64,000 nucleotides of DNA from Desulfovibrionales bacterium (lineage in GTDB: Bacteria; Desulfobacterota; QYQD01), in assembly GCA_028715605.1 (NCBI GenBank), contig JAQURM010000006.1, forward strand, positions 59,589 through 123,588, read 5' to 3'. Positions 1 to 11,144 of this stretch are shown piece by piece (position 1 is the first letter of the stretch; the number at the start of each line of letters is the position of its first letter). The translations under genes and the position numbers were made by a program. Below the pieces are notes generated by a model. It saw nothing but the letters and a program-made list of their open reading frames with translations. It was not told where the DNA came from and made no database searches.

Positions 1-60
1 ATTTTTGTCCAAAATGTCAAAGTGAAAATTAGCGTATAACTGAAGTTTTCTGAGTTGTTA

Positions 61-239
61 GGAAACCCCTTGTGTTTCTGAGCGAAACTTGCTGGAGCAG
101 TCCGCCTTAGGCGGATCGCGGGCGAGCAGGAAGGGGAAAGCCAGCCCTTTAGAGGCTGGAAGGGGCAAACCTTCCCCGCCTGCGAGTCCCGAAAGGGTCG
201 CTGCGCAAGCCGTGAAGCGAAGAAACTAAGGGGTTTCAC
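61..239. ncRNA. Unclassified structured RNA element, copy 1. The second copy is at 60031-60199. The closing stem is GTTTCT...AGAAAC. Internal hairpins are CCGCC-TTA-GGCGG, CCAGCC-CTTTAGA-GGCTGG and CCC-GAAA-GGG.
   Basis: About 150 nt is near-identical between the two copies. Where the copies differ, both still form a hairpin at the same place (CCAGCC..GGCTGG here versus TCCGCC..GGCGGA in copy 2). The element is ORF-free. The strand is undetermined. Confidence 0.5.
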
Positions 240-325
240 TTAAGAAATGTAAAATTATAAATAAGATCAAGTAATATGGAATGCGTCTATAAAAACTCAG
301 GAAGATGCTAAATTAATACGAACTC

Positions 326-1255
326 ATGTTCGAACCAGCCTACATAGAAACATATAAAAGTGGCGAGATCAAGCCCCGTGTCGAAAAACTTAATAGAATA
401 CTTGAAGAATGTTGCCTATGTCCACGAAAGTGCTGCGTTAATCGGATTCAGAACGAAAAAGGGATATGCCGTACAGGCAGACTTCCCATGATCTCCAGTT
501 TTAGCCCGCATTTTGGAGAAGAGGCCCCGCTTGTAGGTCGACATGGATCGGGGGCCATATTTATAACAAACTGTAATCTCCTTTGCGTTTTTTGTCAGAA
601 CTGGGAAACCAGTCACCTCGGAGAAGGCGAAGAAATCTCCCTGGAACAATTTGCAATGGTGATGCTATATTTACAGAACATGGGTTGCCATAACATCAAT
701 TTTGTCACCCCAACCCATGTTGTGCCCCAGATACTGGAGGCCCTATCCATAGCCATTGAGGGCGGACTTTGCGTCCCCTTGGTTTATAATACGGGCGGCT
801 ATGATTCCATCGAGACGATTAAGCTGCTGGACGGTATTTTTGATATCTATCTGCCTGATTTTAAATACTGGGATGAAGAGGTGGCCATAAGACTCTCCAA
901 GGCGCCCGGTTACCCGGAGATAGCCGGACAGGCCATTAAAGAAATGCACCGCCAGGTGGGCGACCTGACTGTAGATTCCAGTGGCATAGCACAGCGTGGA
1001 CTCCTGGTGCGCCATCTGGTCCTGCCGGATGGTCTGGCCGGGACGCGGGATGTTATGCGTTTTCTGGCCCGGGAAATATCGCCGAATACCTACGTGAATA
1101 TAATGGACCAGTATCGGCCCTGCGGCGAGGCGTACAAATATCCTCCCATTGACCGGCGTATAACTGCCGAGGAATACCGTGAGGCGATCACGATGGCCGG
1201 AGAAGAAGGGGTAACCAGGCTTGACCCGCGGAAACGGACATTTATCCTGTGCTGA
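326..1255 (+). CDS. Radical SAM protein, PflX-like (pyruvate formate-lyase activating enzyme family)
   Basis: CNLLCVFCQN matches the CxxxCxxC radical-SAM motif. There is an additional N-terminal Cys cluster, CCLCPRKCC. Confidence 0.7.
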   Translation: MFEPAYIETYKSGEIKPRVEKLNRILEECCLCPRKCCVNRIQNEKGICRTGRLPMISSFSPHFGEEAPLVGRHGSGAIFITNCNLLCVFCQNWETSHLGEGEEISLEQFAMVMLYLQNMGCHNINFVTPTHVVPQILEALSIAIEGGLCVPLVYNTGGYDSIETIKLLDGIFDIYLPDFKYWDEEVAIRLSKAPGYPEIAGQAIKEMHRQVGDLTVDSSGIAQRGLLVRHLVLPDGLAGTRDVMRFLAREISPNTYVNIMDQYRPCGEAYKYPPIDRRITAEEYREAITMAGEEGVTRLDPRKRTFILC

Positions 1256-1269
1256 CGGCTTCGTAAGAA

Positions 1270-1439
1270 GTCAATTTCTCACGCAAAGGCGCAAAGACCG
1301 CGAAGTAAAAATGAAAATCTGGAAATCAAGAAATCAGGAATAAAAGATTTTTTCATGAGTTCCTGAGTTCCAAATTTTATTCTTTTTGCGTCCTTGGCGG
1401 CTTTGCGTGATATTTTGGAATTTTTACGAGATCATCAAC
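1270..1439. repeat. MITE-like repeat family A, copy 1. It has terminal inverted repeats cacgcaaaggcgcaaagaccgcgaag / gcgtccttggcggctttgcgtga.
   Basis: Near-identical to 31107-31276. An inverted copy lies at 35484-35622. Shorter variants lie at 34750-34832, 43262-43334 and 62440-62500. Confidence 0.8.
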
Positions 1440-1456
1440 ATTGAAGTCTTAAGCTT

Positions 1457-2086
1457 ATGAGCGATAGGCGTATATTTGCGGTTGGGGATATTCATGGATG
1501 TCTGGATAAGCTGGAAGGGTTAATGGGTACCCTGCCGGTTAACCTCGGACAGGATGCTCTTATCTTTCTTGGAGATTATATTAACCGCGGTCCGGCTTCC
1601 CGTGAAGTCATCGACTATCTCTTAGATTTAAAAGATAAGGCAAATCATATAGTATTTCTTATGGGTAACCATGAAAAGATGTTCCTCGATTATCTTGACC
1701 GGGTCAATCCCTTTTTATTCATCCTGAATGGAGGCCAGAAGACCATCGATGCCTATAGCAAAAAGGGGGAGTTTTCCCTGCCCCCGGATCATCATGATTT
1801 TTTTCGTTCGCTGCGCCTTATACATGAGACAGAGGACTATATCTTTGTTCATGCCGGCCTTCGGCCTTATTTACCGTTAGAGGATCAAAAAATAGAGGAC
1901 ATTCTCTGGATAAGAGAGGCCTTTTTTTCTTCTATGTACGATTTTGGCAAGAAAGTCGTCTTCGGTCACACGCCATTTGGTGAGCCGCTGGTGATGGGAA
2001 ACAAGATAGGCATTGACACCGGTGCAGTTTACGGCAATAAACTGACATGCGTTGAGCTACCCGCACAGAAGTTTTATTCTTTTTGA
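1457..2086 (+). CDS. Metallophosphoesterase (Ser/Thr protein phosphatase / ApaH-like family)
   Basis: Calcineurin-like motifs: GDIHG, GDYINRG and GNHE. Confidence 0.7.
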   Translation: MSDRRIFAVGDIHGCLDKLEGLMGTLPVNLGQDALIFLGDYINRGPASREVIDYLLDLKDKANHIVFLMGNHEKMFLDYLDRVNPFLFILNGGQKTIDAYSKKGEFSLPPDHHDFFRSLRLIHETEDYIFVHAGLRPYLPLEDQKIEDILWIREAFFSSMYDFGKKVVFGHTPFGEPLVMGNKIGIDTGAVYGNKLTCVELPAQKFYSF

Positions 2087-2263
2087 CCATATTTATACCC
2101 CTTTGTCGAGCAATCAGTATTCAGCTTAAGATGCTGTTCGTCGTATTCTTTTGGCTGACGGCGGATGGCGGATAGCTGAAAGCTTGAAGTTCGTCTCGGT
2201 AAATTTGTTCGCCCAGGGCCGGATGAGCGCTGACTACAACCCGTCAGGAATTTTCAATCAGGA

Positions 2264-2292
2264 TTTAAGAAAAAAACTCCTCATGCCGATGC
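2264..2292 (+). promoter_or_regulatory. Possible sigma-28 (FliA)-type promoter upstream of cheA: TTAAGAAA-N12-GCCGATGC
   Basis: GCCGAT matches the -10 of the flagellar sigma consensus GCCGATAA. An A/T-rich -35-like stretch is present. Confidence 0.25.
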
Positions 2293-2351
2293 AAAAAACA
2301 GTGGTAGTCCCATTATGTATAGTCAAATAAGGAAAACCTAGAGGGATAGAG

Positions 2352-4610
2352 ATGGACAACGAACTCAAAACCTTGCAGGAGATATTAGATGATATCGCGC
2401 TTAAGGCTATAATGCTGACCCCGGGCAATCTAGTTGAGTTAGGGGAGCTCCTCTCCAAGATCGAAGAGGTTATGGCCTATGAGGATACAACCCTCCCGGC
2501 GGCTGTAAAGAAGATAGGCGGGGGACTCAAACTTATTATAGAAAAGATCATATTGGGCGAGCTACCCGACACGGACGTAGTCTATGAAAAAATAAGCCAG
2601 GCCATCTCTATCTTACAGGATATTTGCAGAGAAAAAGACCAGGAGCAGGCCGGCGCTTCTCTTAAAAACTTTAATGGACTGCTTAAAGAATTAAATCTTG
2701 CGGATACGGAAGTGCAAACAGCGGGACAAGATGACACAACAATGGAAGAGGAGGCAACCCCTGAGGTTTCTGTGACCAAAAGCAAACCGGTTATAGACAT
2801 TACTCAAGATAAAGAATTGCTTGCCGGATTTATCAGCGAGAGCATGGAACATCTTGAACAAATTGAGGTGGACATCCTCTCTCTTGAACAGTCTCCCGAT
2901 GATAAGGACTGCATAAACACTATTTTTAGACCATTCCATACTATAAAAGGTGTCTCAGGCTTTTTGAATCTACAGGATATTAATAAGTTAGCACATGAAA
3001 CGGAAAATATCCTGGATAAAGCCCGAAACGGCGAGCTTTCGATCTCCTCAGAAATTATTGACCTTATCCTGGACGCCTGTGATGTCCTGAAAAGGATGAT
3101 AATGGACATAAAAACGGCCCTGGAGACAGGTACATTGGAGCAAAAGGATTACGACCTGGACAGTTTTATCAACCGGATAAGGGCCGCGCAGGAAGGGGTG
3201 GTAGGAGAAGAGGCCACCCTGCCGGAGCCTAAATTAGTAGGGGAGATACTGGTCAAAAAGGGTGTGGCCGATACAGAGGCCATAGATAAGGCCCTGGAAA
3301 AACAGCGAGATTCCGGTGAAAAAATCGGGGAGATTATCATCAGAGAGGCCGCTGTTAAACCCAAAGAGGTCGCCCATGCCCTGCGTGAACAAAAAGCTAT
3401 GACCTCCATTGCTTCTGCCGGGACTGCCAATAGTGCCGTCAAGGTGGACATCGGCAAGCTCGATAACCTGGTAGATATGGTCGGTGAGCTGGTCATCACC
3501 CAGTCCCTTATCTGGCAGAATTCCCACGTCCAGACCATACGGGATCAGAAACTTATGCGTGATTTCTCCCAGCTAAGCCGTATTACTACCGATCTACAGA
3601 AGACAGCCATGTCTTTGCGAATGGTGCCCATAAAACAGACCCTTCAGAAGATGATCCGGTTGGTACGGGATCTGGCCAAAAAATCTGAAAAACAAGCTGA
3701 TCTTCAGATGAGCGGTGAGGATACAGAGATCGACCGCAATATGGTTGACGCCATTTACGATCCCCTGGTGCATATGATACGTAACTCTATAGACCATGGC
3801 ATTGAGATGCCGGATGAAAGAGCAACTAAAGGCAAGCCGGCCACCGGCACTATCTGGTTAAGGGCTTATCAAAAAGGCGGTAACATTGTGATTGAGATCG
3901 AGGATGACGGACAGGGCCTGAACCGCGAGAAGATATTAAAAAAGGCCAAGGAAAAGGGATTGATTAAAAACACCGAGGGTCTCTCCACATTTGAAATTGA
4001 TAATCTTATATTCCAGGCCGGATTTTCTACAGCCGATAAGATAACCGATGTCTCCGGCCGGGGCGTAGGGATGGATGTAGTAAAGAAAGCCATAGAGAAG
4101 TTGCGCGGCAAGGTGGAGATAAGTTCGCGCCCCGGGCAAGGTTCCACATTCACCATTAAGGTTCCGCTTACCCTGGCTATTATCGACGGCATAATAGTAA
4201 AGGTAGGGGTGGAACGTTATATAGTGCCAACAGTGGTCATTAAAGAGACTATAAGGCCGCGGCAGGAAGAATATAGCACTGTCCATGGCAAGGGCGAGAT
4301 GATTAAGGTCAGGGGAAATCTTATCCCGTTAGTAAGATTATATAAGATGTTTGATATTGATGCCGAACATAAAGACCCTTGCGAGTCTCTGGTGGTTGTG
4401 GTTGAAAACGAAGGACGGCAAAAATGCCTGCTGGTTGATGACCTCCTTGGCAAACAAGAAGTGGTCATCAAGAGTCTCGGAGACCACATGAAAAATGTCA
4501 GAGGACTGGCTGGAGGGACTATTTTAGGAGACGGGAAAGTAGGGCTGATTTTAGATATAAACGGCATATTTAGTGTGGCTGAAGAACAAAATTTGGGGAT
4601 GCTGCATTAA
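2352..4610 (+). CDS. cheA: Chemotaxis histidine kinase CheA
   Basis: Hpt H-box HTIKGVSGFL. HATPase G-boxes are present. There is a C-terminal CheW-like domain. Confidence 0.9.
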   Translation: MDNELKTLQEILDDIALKAIMLTPGNLVELGELLSKIEEVMAYEDTTLPAAVKKIGGGLKLIIEKIILGELPDTDVVYEKISQAISILQDICREKDQEQAGASLKNFNGLLKELNLADTEVQTAGQDDTTMEEEATPEVSVTKSKPVIDITQDKELLAGFISESMEHLEQIEVDILSLEQSPDDKDCINTIFRPFHTIKGVSGFLNLQDINKLAHETENILDKARNGELSISSEIIDLILDACDVLKRMIMDIKTALETGTLEQKDYDLDSFINRIRAAQEGVVGEEATLPEPKLVGEILVKKGVADTEAIDKALEKQRDSGEKIGEIIIREAAVKPKEVAHALREQKAMTSIASAGTANSAVKVDIGKLDNLVDMVGELVITQSLIWQNSHVQTIRDQKLMRDFSQLSRITTDLQKTAMSLRMVPIKQTLQKMIRLVRDLAKKSEKQADLQMSGEDTEIDRNMVDAIYDPLVHMIRNSIDHGIEMPDERATKGKPATGTIWLRAYQKGGNIVIEIEDDGQGLNREKILKKAKEKGLIKNTEGLSTFEIDNLIFQAGFSTADKITDVSGRGVGMDVVKKAIEKLRGKVEISSRPGQGSTFTIKVPLTLAIIDGIIVKVGVERYIVPTVVIKETIRPRQEEYSTVHGKGEMIKVRGNLIPLVRLYKMFDIDAEHKDPCESLVVVVENEGRQKCLLVDDLLGKQEVVIKSLGDHMKNVRGLAGGTILGDGKVGLILDINGIFSVAEEQNLGMLH

Positions 4611-4616
4611 TTATAG

Positions 4617-4707
4617 TGAATGTCATTAGTCAATAGTCATTTGTCACTGGTAAAAGAGATCAATCTTCCACCTTCAACCAATGACCGATGACTAATGACC
4701 AGTGACC
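4617..4707. repeat. Palindromic GTCA-heptamer repeat (family B), gtcattagtcaatagtcatttgtcactggt ... accaatgaccgatgactaatgaccagtgac
   Basis: A near-identical copy lies at 19593-19681. Partial copies lie at 12650-12690 and 31081-31106. Confidence 0.75.
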
Positions 4708-4753
4708 TTGCCTATAAGCTGAAGGCTTATATATGAAAAAGGGGAGTTAACTT

Positions 4754-5134
4754 ATGCCAGCAGATAAGAATATGAGAATATTGGTGGTTGATGACTTTAA
4801 CACCATGCGCCGTATAGTAAAAAACATTCTGAAACAACTGGGATTCGAAAATGTAGGCGAGGCCGAAAACGGTCAAGAGGCGCTTGAGGTCTTGAAAAAG
4901 GAAAAATTTGACTTCGTAATAACCGACTGGAACATGCCGGTTATGACCGGTCTTGATCTGCTTAAGGCAATCAAGGCGGATGCCGCATTAAAGGACATCC
5001 CCGTAATGATGGTCACTGCCGAGGCACAGCAACAGAATATCGTGGAGGCGGTTAAGACTGGGGCCAGTAACTATATTGTCAAGCCATTTACGGCCGAAGT
5101 TCTGGAAGAAAAGATAAGCAAGATATTCAAGTAA
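4754..5134 (+). CDS. cheY: Chemotaxis response regulator CheY
   Basis: Single REC domain of 126 aa with a conserved Asp (ITDWNMP). Confidence 0.85.
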   Translation: MPADKNMRILVVDDFNTMRRIVKNILKQLGFENVGEAENGQEALEVLKKEKFDFVITDWNMPVMTGLDLLKAIKADAALKDIPVMMVTAEAQQQNIVEAVKTGASNYIVKPFTAEVLEEKISKIFK

Positions 5135-5138
5135 TCTG

Positions 5139-5963
5139 ATGTTCGACGACCTTACCGATAACGAATTCGAACTCTTCAGTAAGCTCGTCTATACTAAGTC
5201 CGGCATTAACCTCCACACAGGCAAGAAGGAATTACTGCGCGCTAGGCTGGCCAAAAGGCTGAGAAGCTCTAATTTTCAGAGTTTTCAGGAATATTATGAT
5301 TACGTGTTGCAGGATAAGAGTGGGGAGGAACTGGTTCGGCTGCTGGATAGCGTGTCCACCAACCTGACCAGTTTTTTTCGTGAATCCAAGCACTTTCAAT
5401 TCCTGGCAGATGAGGCGCTGCCAAGCCTGCTTGCAGATAAAAAAAGGGGCGGAAGGATAAAAATCTGGAGCGCCGGTTGTTCATCGGGCGAGGAGCCTTA
5501 TTCTCTTGCAATAACTATTTTAGAACATACGGCAATTACCCCGGCGTTGAACCTAAAAATATTGGCAACCGATATATCTACAAGGGTCTTAACTACAGCC
5601 GAGCAGGGGATATACCCGGAAGAACGATGCAAAGATATTGATATTAATATCCTGAAAAAATACTTCCAAAAAGGACAGGGCCGGTGGCAGGGATACGTCC
5701 AGGTTAAGCCTGTGGTCAGGAACTGCATCCAGTTTATGAGATATAACCTCATGGAACCATGTCCATGTAAGGAACCTATGGACATAATTTTTTGCCGTAA
5801 TGTGATGATCTATTTCGATAAGAACACACAGGAAAAAGTAGTAAACGGTTTTTATTCGGCGCTAGGTGAAGGAGGCTACCTTTTTATCGGGCACTCAGAA
5901 AGCCTGACGGGTATAAAGCATGCCTTTAAATATGCGCGTCCGACTGTCTATCAGAAAAAATAG
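5139..5963 (+). CDS. cheR: Chemotaxis protein methyltransferase CheR
   Basis: CheR N-terminal helix followed by a SAM-dependent MTase domain. Confidence 0.85.
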   Translation: MFDDLTDNEFELFSKLVYTKSGINLHTGKKELLRARLAKRLRSSNFQSFQEYYDYVLQDKSGEELVRLLDSVSTNLTSFFRESKHFQFLADEALPSLLADKKRGGRIKIWSAGCSSGEEPYSLAITILEHTAITPALNLKILATDISTRVLTTAEQGIYPEERCKDIDINILKKYFQKGQGRWQGYVQVKPVVRNCIQFMRYNLMEPCPCKEPMDIIFCRNVMIYFDKNTQEKVVNGFYSALGEGGYLFIGHSESLTGIKHAFKYARPTVYQKK

Positions 5964-5977
5964 AAAAAGGATCGGTT

Positions 5978-6463
5978 GTGGCCAGCAAACTCGTCGTCGG
6001 TATTGCAGATATGTGCGTAAGCAAGGACCCATCGGCTATTTTAATTACTTACTCCCTGGGGTCCTGCATCGGCGTGTCCATTTATGATCCTGTAGTCAAG
6101 GTGGGGGGATTGCTTCATCTAATGCTTCCGGAATCAAAGATAGCCCCTGATAAGGCAGAAAAAAATCCGTGCATGTTTGCAGATACAGGCGTGCCCTTGC
6201 TTTTCAAAGAGGCATATAAATACGGCGCTGATAAGAAACGCATGATAATTAAAATAGCCGGGGGGGGGCAGGTTATGGATGCCAGCGGCTTTTTCAATAT
6301 CGGCAAACGTAACTACATGGCCCTTCGCAAGATCTTTTGGAAAAATGACGTTCTTATAAGCAAAGAAGACATAGGTGGTAATGTCAACCGCACTATGCGC
6401 CTTGAGATAGGCACGGGGCGCGTCTATCTCAAGGTATCGGACAGCGGAGAGATAGAACTATGA
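5978..6463 (+). CDS. cheD: Chemoreceptor glutamine deamidase CheD
   Basis: CheD family: SLGSCIG with the catalytic Cys. Confidence 0.8.
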   Translation: MASKLVVGIADMCVSKDPSAILITYSLGSCIGVSIYDPVVKVGGLLHLMLPESKIAPDKAEKNPCMFADTGVPLLFKEAYKYGADKKRMIIKIAGGGQVMDASGFFNIGKRNYMALRKIFWKNDVLISKEDIGGNVNRTMRLEIGTGRVYLKVSDSGEIEL

Positions 6464-7293
6464 AAGATATCAGGACCATTACTAAAGATATCAAGGAATT
6501 GCCGCCACTTCCGGAAGTAGCTCAAAAGGTATTTTCCTTACTACATGACCCTAAAAGCAATGTTCAGGATCTGGTCAAGGTTGTACAGCTTGATCAGGCT
6601 ATGACGGCTAATATATTGAAATTATGCAATTCTGCATACTTCGGCCTGAAGAGAAAGATCAGTTCTTTGCAGGAGGCCCTGGTCTTGCTCGGCCATAAAA
6701 AATTACACGAGATTATTATGACAGACAACAGCAGTAAATATTATAAAAAAGTCGGCCTGGGTTATAACCTGGAAAAAGGCGAGCTCTGGAAACATTCTGT
6801 GGCCTGCGCCCTTCTTTCTCAGATATTGGTGCGAAAAACAGGCTTACCCGAAGATCCTTTCTTATTTAACGCCGCCCTCCTTCACGATATCGGCAAGGTG
6901 ATACTCAGCACTTACGTCAAGACAGAATATGATCAAATAATCAGGTTGGTTAAAGAACAGCAATATCCCTTTTTGCAGGCAGAAAAAGAGGTTATCGGGA
7001 TTGATCACGCCGAATTAGGGGGACGAATCGCTGAGGAATGGAATTTCCCCGGCGCCCTGGTAGAAGCGATTGCCCAACATCATACGCCTGATGCGGAGAA
7101 TTACATCTCCTGCATCGTTCATCTCTGTAATCTGATGACTATCATGATGGGTATCGGCACGGGTTATGGCCTCGCTGACTATGGGAAAGATGCTGTCATG
7201 AAAAAATTAGGTCTGAAAGAAAGACATCTCGAATCATGTATGGTTGAACTATGGCATGAACTCCAGAAGGCGGAAGACCTGCTCAAATGTTAA
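6460..7293 (+). CDS. HDOD domain signalling protein
   Basis: HD-related output domain pattern (HDIGK, AELGG). The gene sits inside the che operon. Confidence 0.6.
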   Translation: MKDIRTITKDIKELPPLPEVAQKVFSLLHDPKSNVQDLVKVVQLDQAMTANILKLCNSAYFGLKRKISSLQEALVLLGHKKLHEIIMTDNSSKYYKKVGLGYNLEKGELWKHSVACALLSQILVRKTGLPEDPFLFNAALLHDIGKVILSTYVKTEYDQIIRLVKEQQYPFLQAEKEVIGIDHAELGGRIAEEWNFPGALVEAIAQHHTPDAENYISCIVHLCNLMTIMMGIGTGYGLADYGKDAVMKKLGLKERHLESCMVELWHELQKAEDLLKC

Positions 7294-7337
7294 CTCAATA
7301 AATGCCTGCCTGACGGCGGGCAGGGAGGCGGCTTCTT

Positions 7338-7717
7338 ATGGCCTTTAATATCTTAATAGTCGATGACTCTATGGCCATGCGCAGCGTTATACGCAAGGTC
7401 ATCTCGATTTCCGGCTTCGATGTCGGGACCTTTTTTGAGGCCGGCAATGGAAAAGAAGCGCTCGAAGTCCTTAATGGGCAGTGGATAGACCTGGTTCTAA
7501 GTGATATTAATATGCCGGAGATGGATGGCCTCACCTTTGTAAAAAAGATGAGAGGGCATGAGATCTATAAAAACATCCCGGTAGTTATGATAACCACCGA
7601 AGGCTCCCAGGCCTGTATAGATGAAGCCATGTCTTTGGGGGTTAAGGGGTATATCCAGAAGCCGTTTATGCCTGAGGTAATCAAGGAAAAACTCGAAGAG
7701 ATTATGGAGAAGACCCG

Positions 7718-7721
<4 letters not shown>
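7338..7721 (+). CDS. CheY-like single-domain response regulator
   Basis: REC domain with DDS...LVLSDINMPEMDG. Confidence 0.8.
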
Positions 7722-9258
<1,537 letters not shown>

Positions 9259-9399
9259 GATGACCTTGCAAGAAGTATTTCATTCTATAAAAGTTGACAT
9301 AATATATCTTATCCGACATTACGCAGGGTATGCAAAACTCTTCTTATTTCTATATTGCTCCGGCAGTTAAGTACATGAAAAATGTCATGCCGGATCCCC

Positions 9400-9525
9400 G
9401 GTCAAGTTGAGGACAGGCTTTATCCGGCATCCAGTTCCTTGCTGGATTCCCGCCCTGCCTCCAGCGGACCATGGGCAGGGTCGGACCTGGACGGTTTTCG
9501 CGGGAATGACGGCATCGAGTATTTT
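9400..9525. repeat. Palindromic repeat family D (gtcattcc[c/t]gcgaaa.c...ggaatccag)
   Basis: Related copy at 33378-33450. This is a GC-rich island inside an AT-rich intergenic region. Confidence 0.6.
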
Positions 9526-9769
9526 GTTGCCGGAGTAATAAGACCTCCAACTGACAGATAATCACATATTATTATTATCCATAAAATCAATATAATATCA
9601 AATATATATAATGTTATACATTATAATTCATGTTAAAGTATTTGATATTACGTTAATTAATTAATTCTATTTAAACCATGGAAAATTTTTTCCGTTTTAT
9701 AAGAAAATTTTTTCCACTTTTTTTAAAAAAAATTCCTTTTAGTCGATAAAATAAGATATAGTATAAGAC

Positions 9770-10861
9770 ATGGAGACGGCATCCAGTATGGATATTATGG
9801 ATATGATAGTTGGTGAAAGTGAGCCAATTACAAGAATAAAAGAACTTATTAAGCAAATAGTCGATACCGATCTGACGGTTGTAATTTACGGAGAAAGCGG
9901 TGTCGGCAAGGAATTAGTTGCCCGGTCTTTGCATTTCCAGTCTCACCGCAAGGATTTCCCATTTGTTAAGGTCAATTGTGCCGCCCTTCCCTCCGAGCTC
10001 CTGGAAAGTGAATTGTTTGGCTATGAAAAGGGCGCCTTTACCGGGGCTGACGGACTGAAACCTGGTAAATTTGAACAGGCAAATGACGGCACCATATTCT
10101 TAGACGAAATTGGAGATATGCCGTTAACATTGCAATCAAAATTATTGCAGGTACTTCAGGATGGCGAATTTTCGAGAATTGGCGGCAAAAAGGATGTCAA
10201 GGTGAATACCTGGATAGTCTCAGCAACCAACCACGACTTGGAAAACGAGGTTAAGCGAGGTCTTTTTAGAGAAGACCTTTTTTATCGTTTAAATATCATA
10301 AAAATCCTGGTGCCTCCTCTCCGCGACAGAAAGGAAGATATACCCATTTTATTTGAGCATTTCCTCTCACGCTATGGTGAGCAGTTTAATCCTGATTTCG
10401 TTCTGGATAAAGAAGTACTAGATATCTTTTCCAGTTACCACTGGCCTGGAAATGTGCGAGAAATGGAAAACTACATAAAAAGACTCCTGGTCCTGAATGA
10501 TTGGGAACAATTAAAGGAAGAAATCCTCGATAAAATCCACGCGGCGCCCACAAGAAGAGATATGTCCATAGCCACGCCGGATGTAAAAGCAAAAGAAAAA
10601 ATATCCCGGGATGTTCTGGAGAAGTTAATAGATCTGGGTGAAGAAAAAGAGAGGATTATTTCCCTTCCTTCCCTTAAAGAAATTAAAAAACAGGCCCTCC
10701 TGAAGATCGAAAAAGAGGTGATAGAGGAGGTTTTGAAGAGAACGAACTGGAATAAGAAGCTGGCCGCACGACATCTTAAGATCAGTTATAAGGCCCTGCT
10801 CTATAAAATAAAGGAGGCGGACATAAAAAAACCACCCGATTTAGACAAGGAAAGAAAATGA
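9770..10861 (+). CDS. Sigma-54-dependent transcriptional activator with no N-terminal sensory/receiver domain (PspF-like architecture)
   Basis: It starts directly with an AAA+ sigma-54 interaction domain (GESGVGKE; GAFTGA present). There is a C-terminal Fis-type HTH. Confidence 0.8.
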   Translation: METASSMDIMDMIVGESEPITRIKELIKQIVDTDLTVVIYGESGVGKELVARSLHFQSHRKDFPFVKVNCAALPSELLESELFGYEKGAFTGADGLKPGKFEQANDGTIFLDEIGDMPLTLQSKLLQVLQDGEFSRIGGKKDVKVNTWIVSATNHDLENEVKRGLFREDLFYRLNIIKILVPPLRDRKEDIPILFEHFLSRYGEQFNPDFVLDKEVLDIFSSYHWPGNVREMENYIKRLLVLNDWEQLKEEILDKIHAAPTRRDMSIATPDVKAKEKISRDVLEKLIDLGEEKERIISLPSLKEIKKQALLKIEKEVIEEVLKRTNWNKKLAARHLKISYKALLYKIKEADIKKPPDLDKERK

Positions 10862-11045
10862 GGTAGTATTCACTATAAGACTTGCAGATGAGAAAAATAT
10901 TTCCACTACCAGGAGAAAAAATTTCCACAATAAGTTACCACTATTTCCATTTACGTCTTAAACGTTTCTGTCCGGTATTTACACATATAATTAAATCATT
11001 CATAATATCCAACAGTTATTAATTGTCTATGGCCTATAAAAGTTC

Positions 11046-11060
11046 TGGCACCTTTTTTGC
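11046..11060 (+). promoter_or_regulatory. Sigma-54 promoter TGGCAC-N5-TTGC
   Basis: Exact -24/-12 consensus, about 85 nt upstream of the 11145 start codon. Confidence 0.6.
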
Positions 11061-11144
11061 TCAATATTGGAAGCGTTCAAAATAGTTATGTCACCGGCAC
11101 TCTTATGTTAAGTTTAGTCCGGACTTAAAGAAAGTGGTGTTAAT

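Noticed and set aside
61-239. Possibility that the two-copy element is RNase P RNA, a group II intron domain V, or SRP RNA.
   Set aside because: It is too short for RNase P and lacks the P4 partner and other universal segments. It has no domain-V AGC triad geometry. It has no SRP domain IV motif. It remains unclassified.
9350-9565. 71-aa minus-strand ORF in the cheB / sigma-54 activator intergenic region.
   Set aside because: It coincides with palindromic repeat family D, has no RBS, and its Arg-rich composition derives from the repeat.
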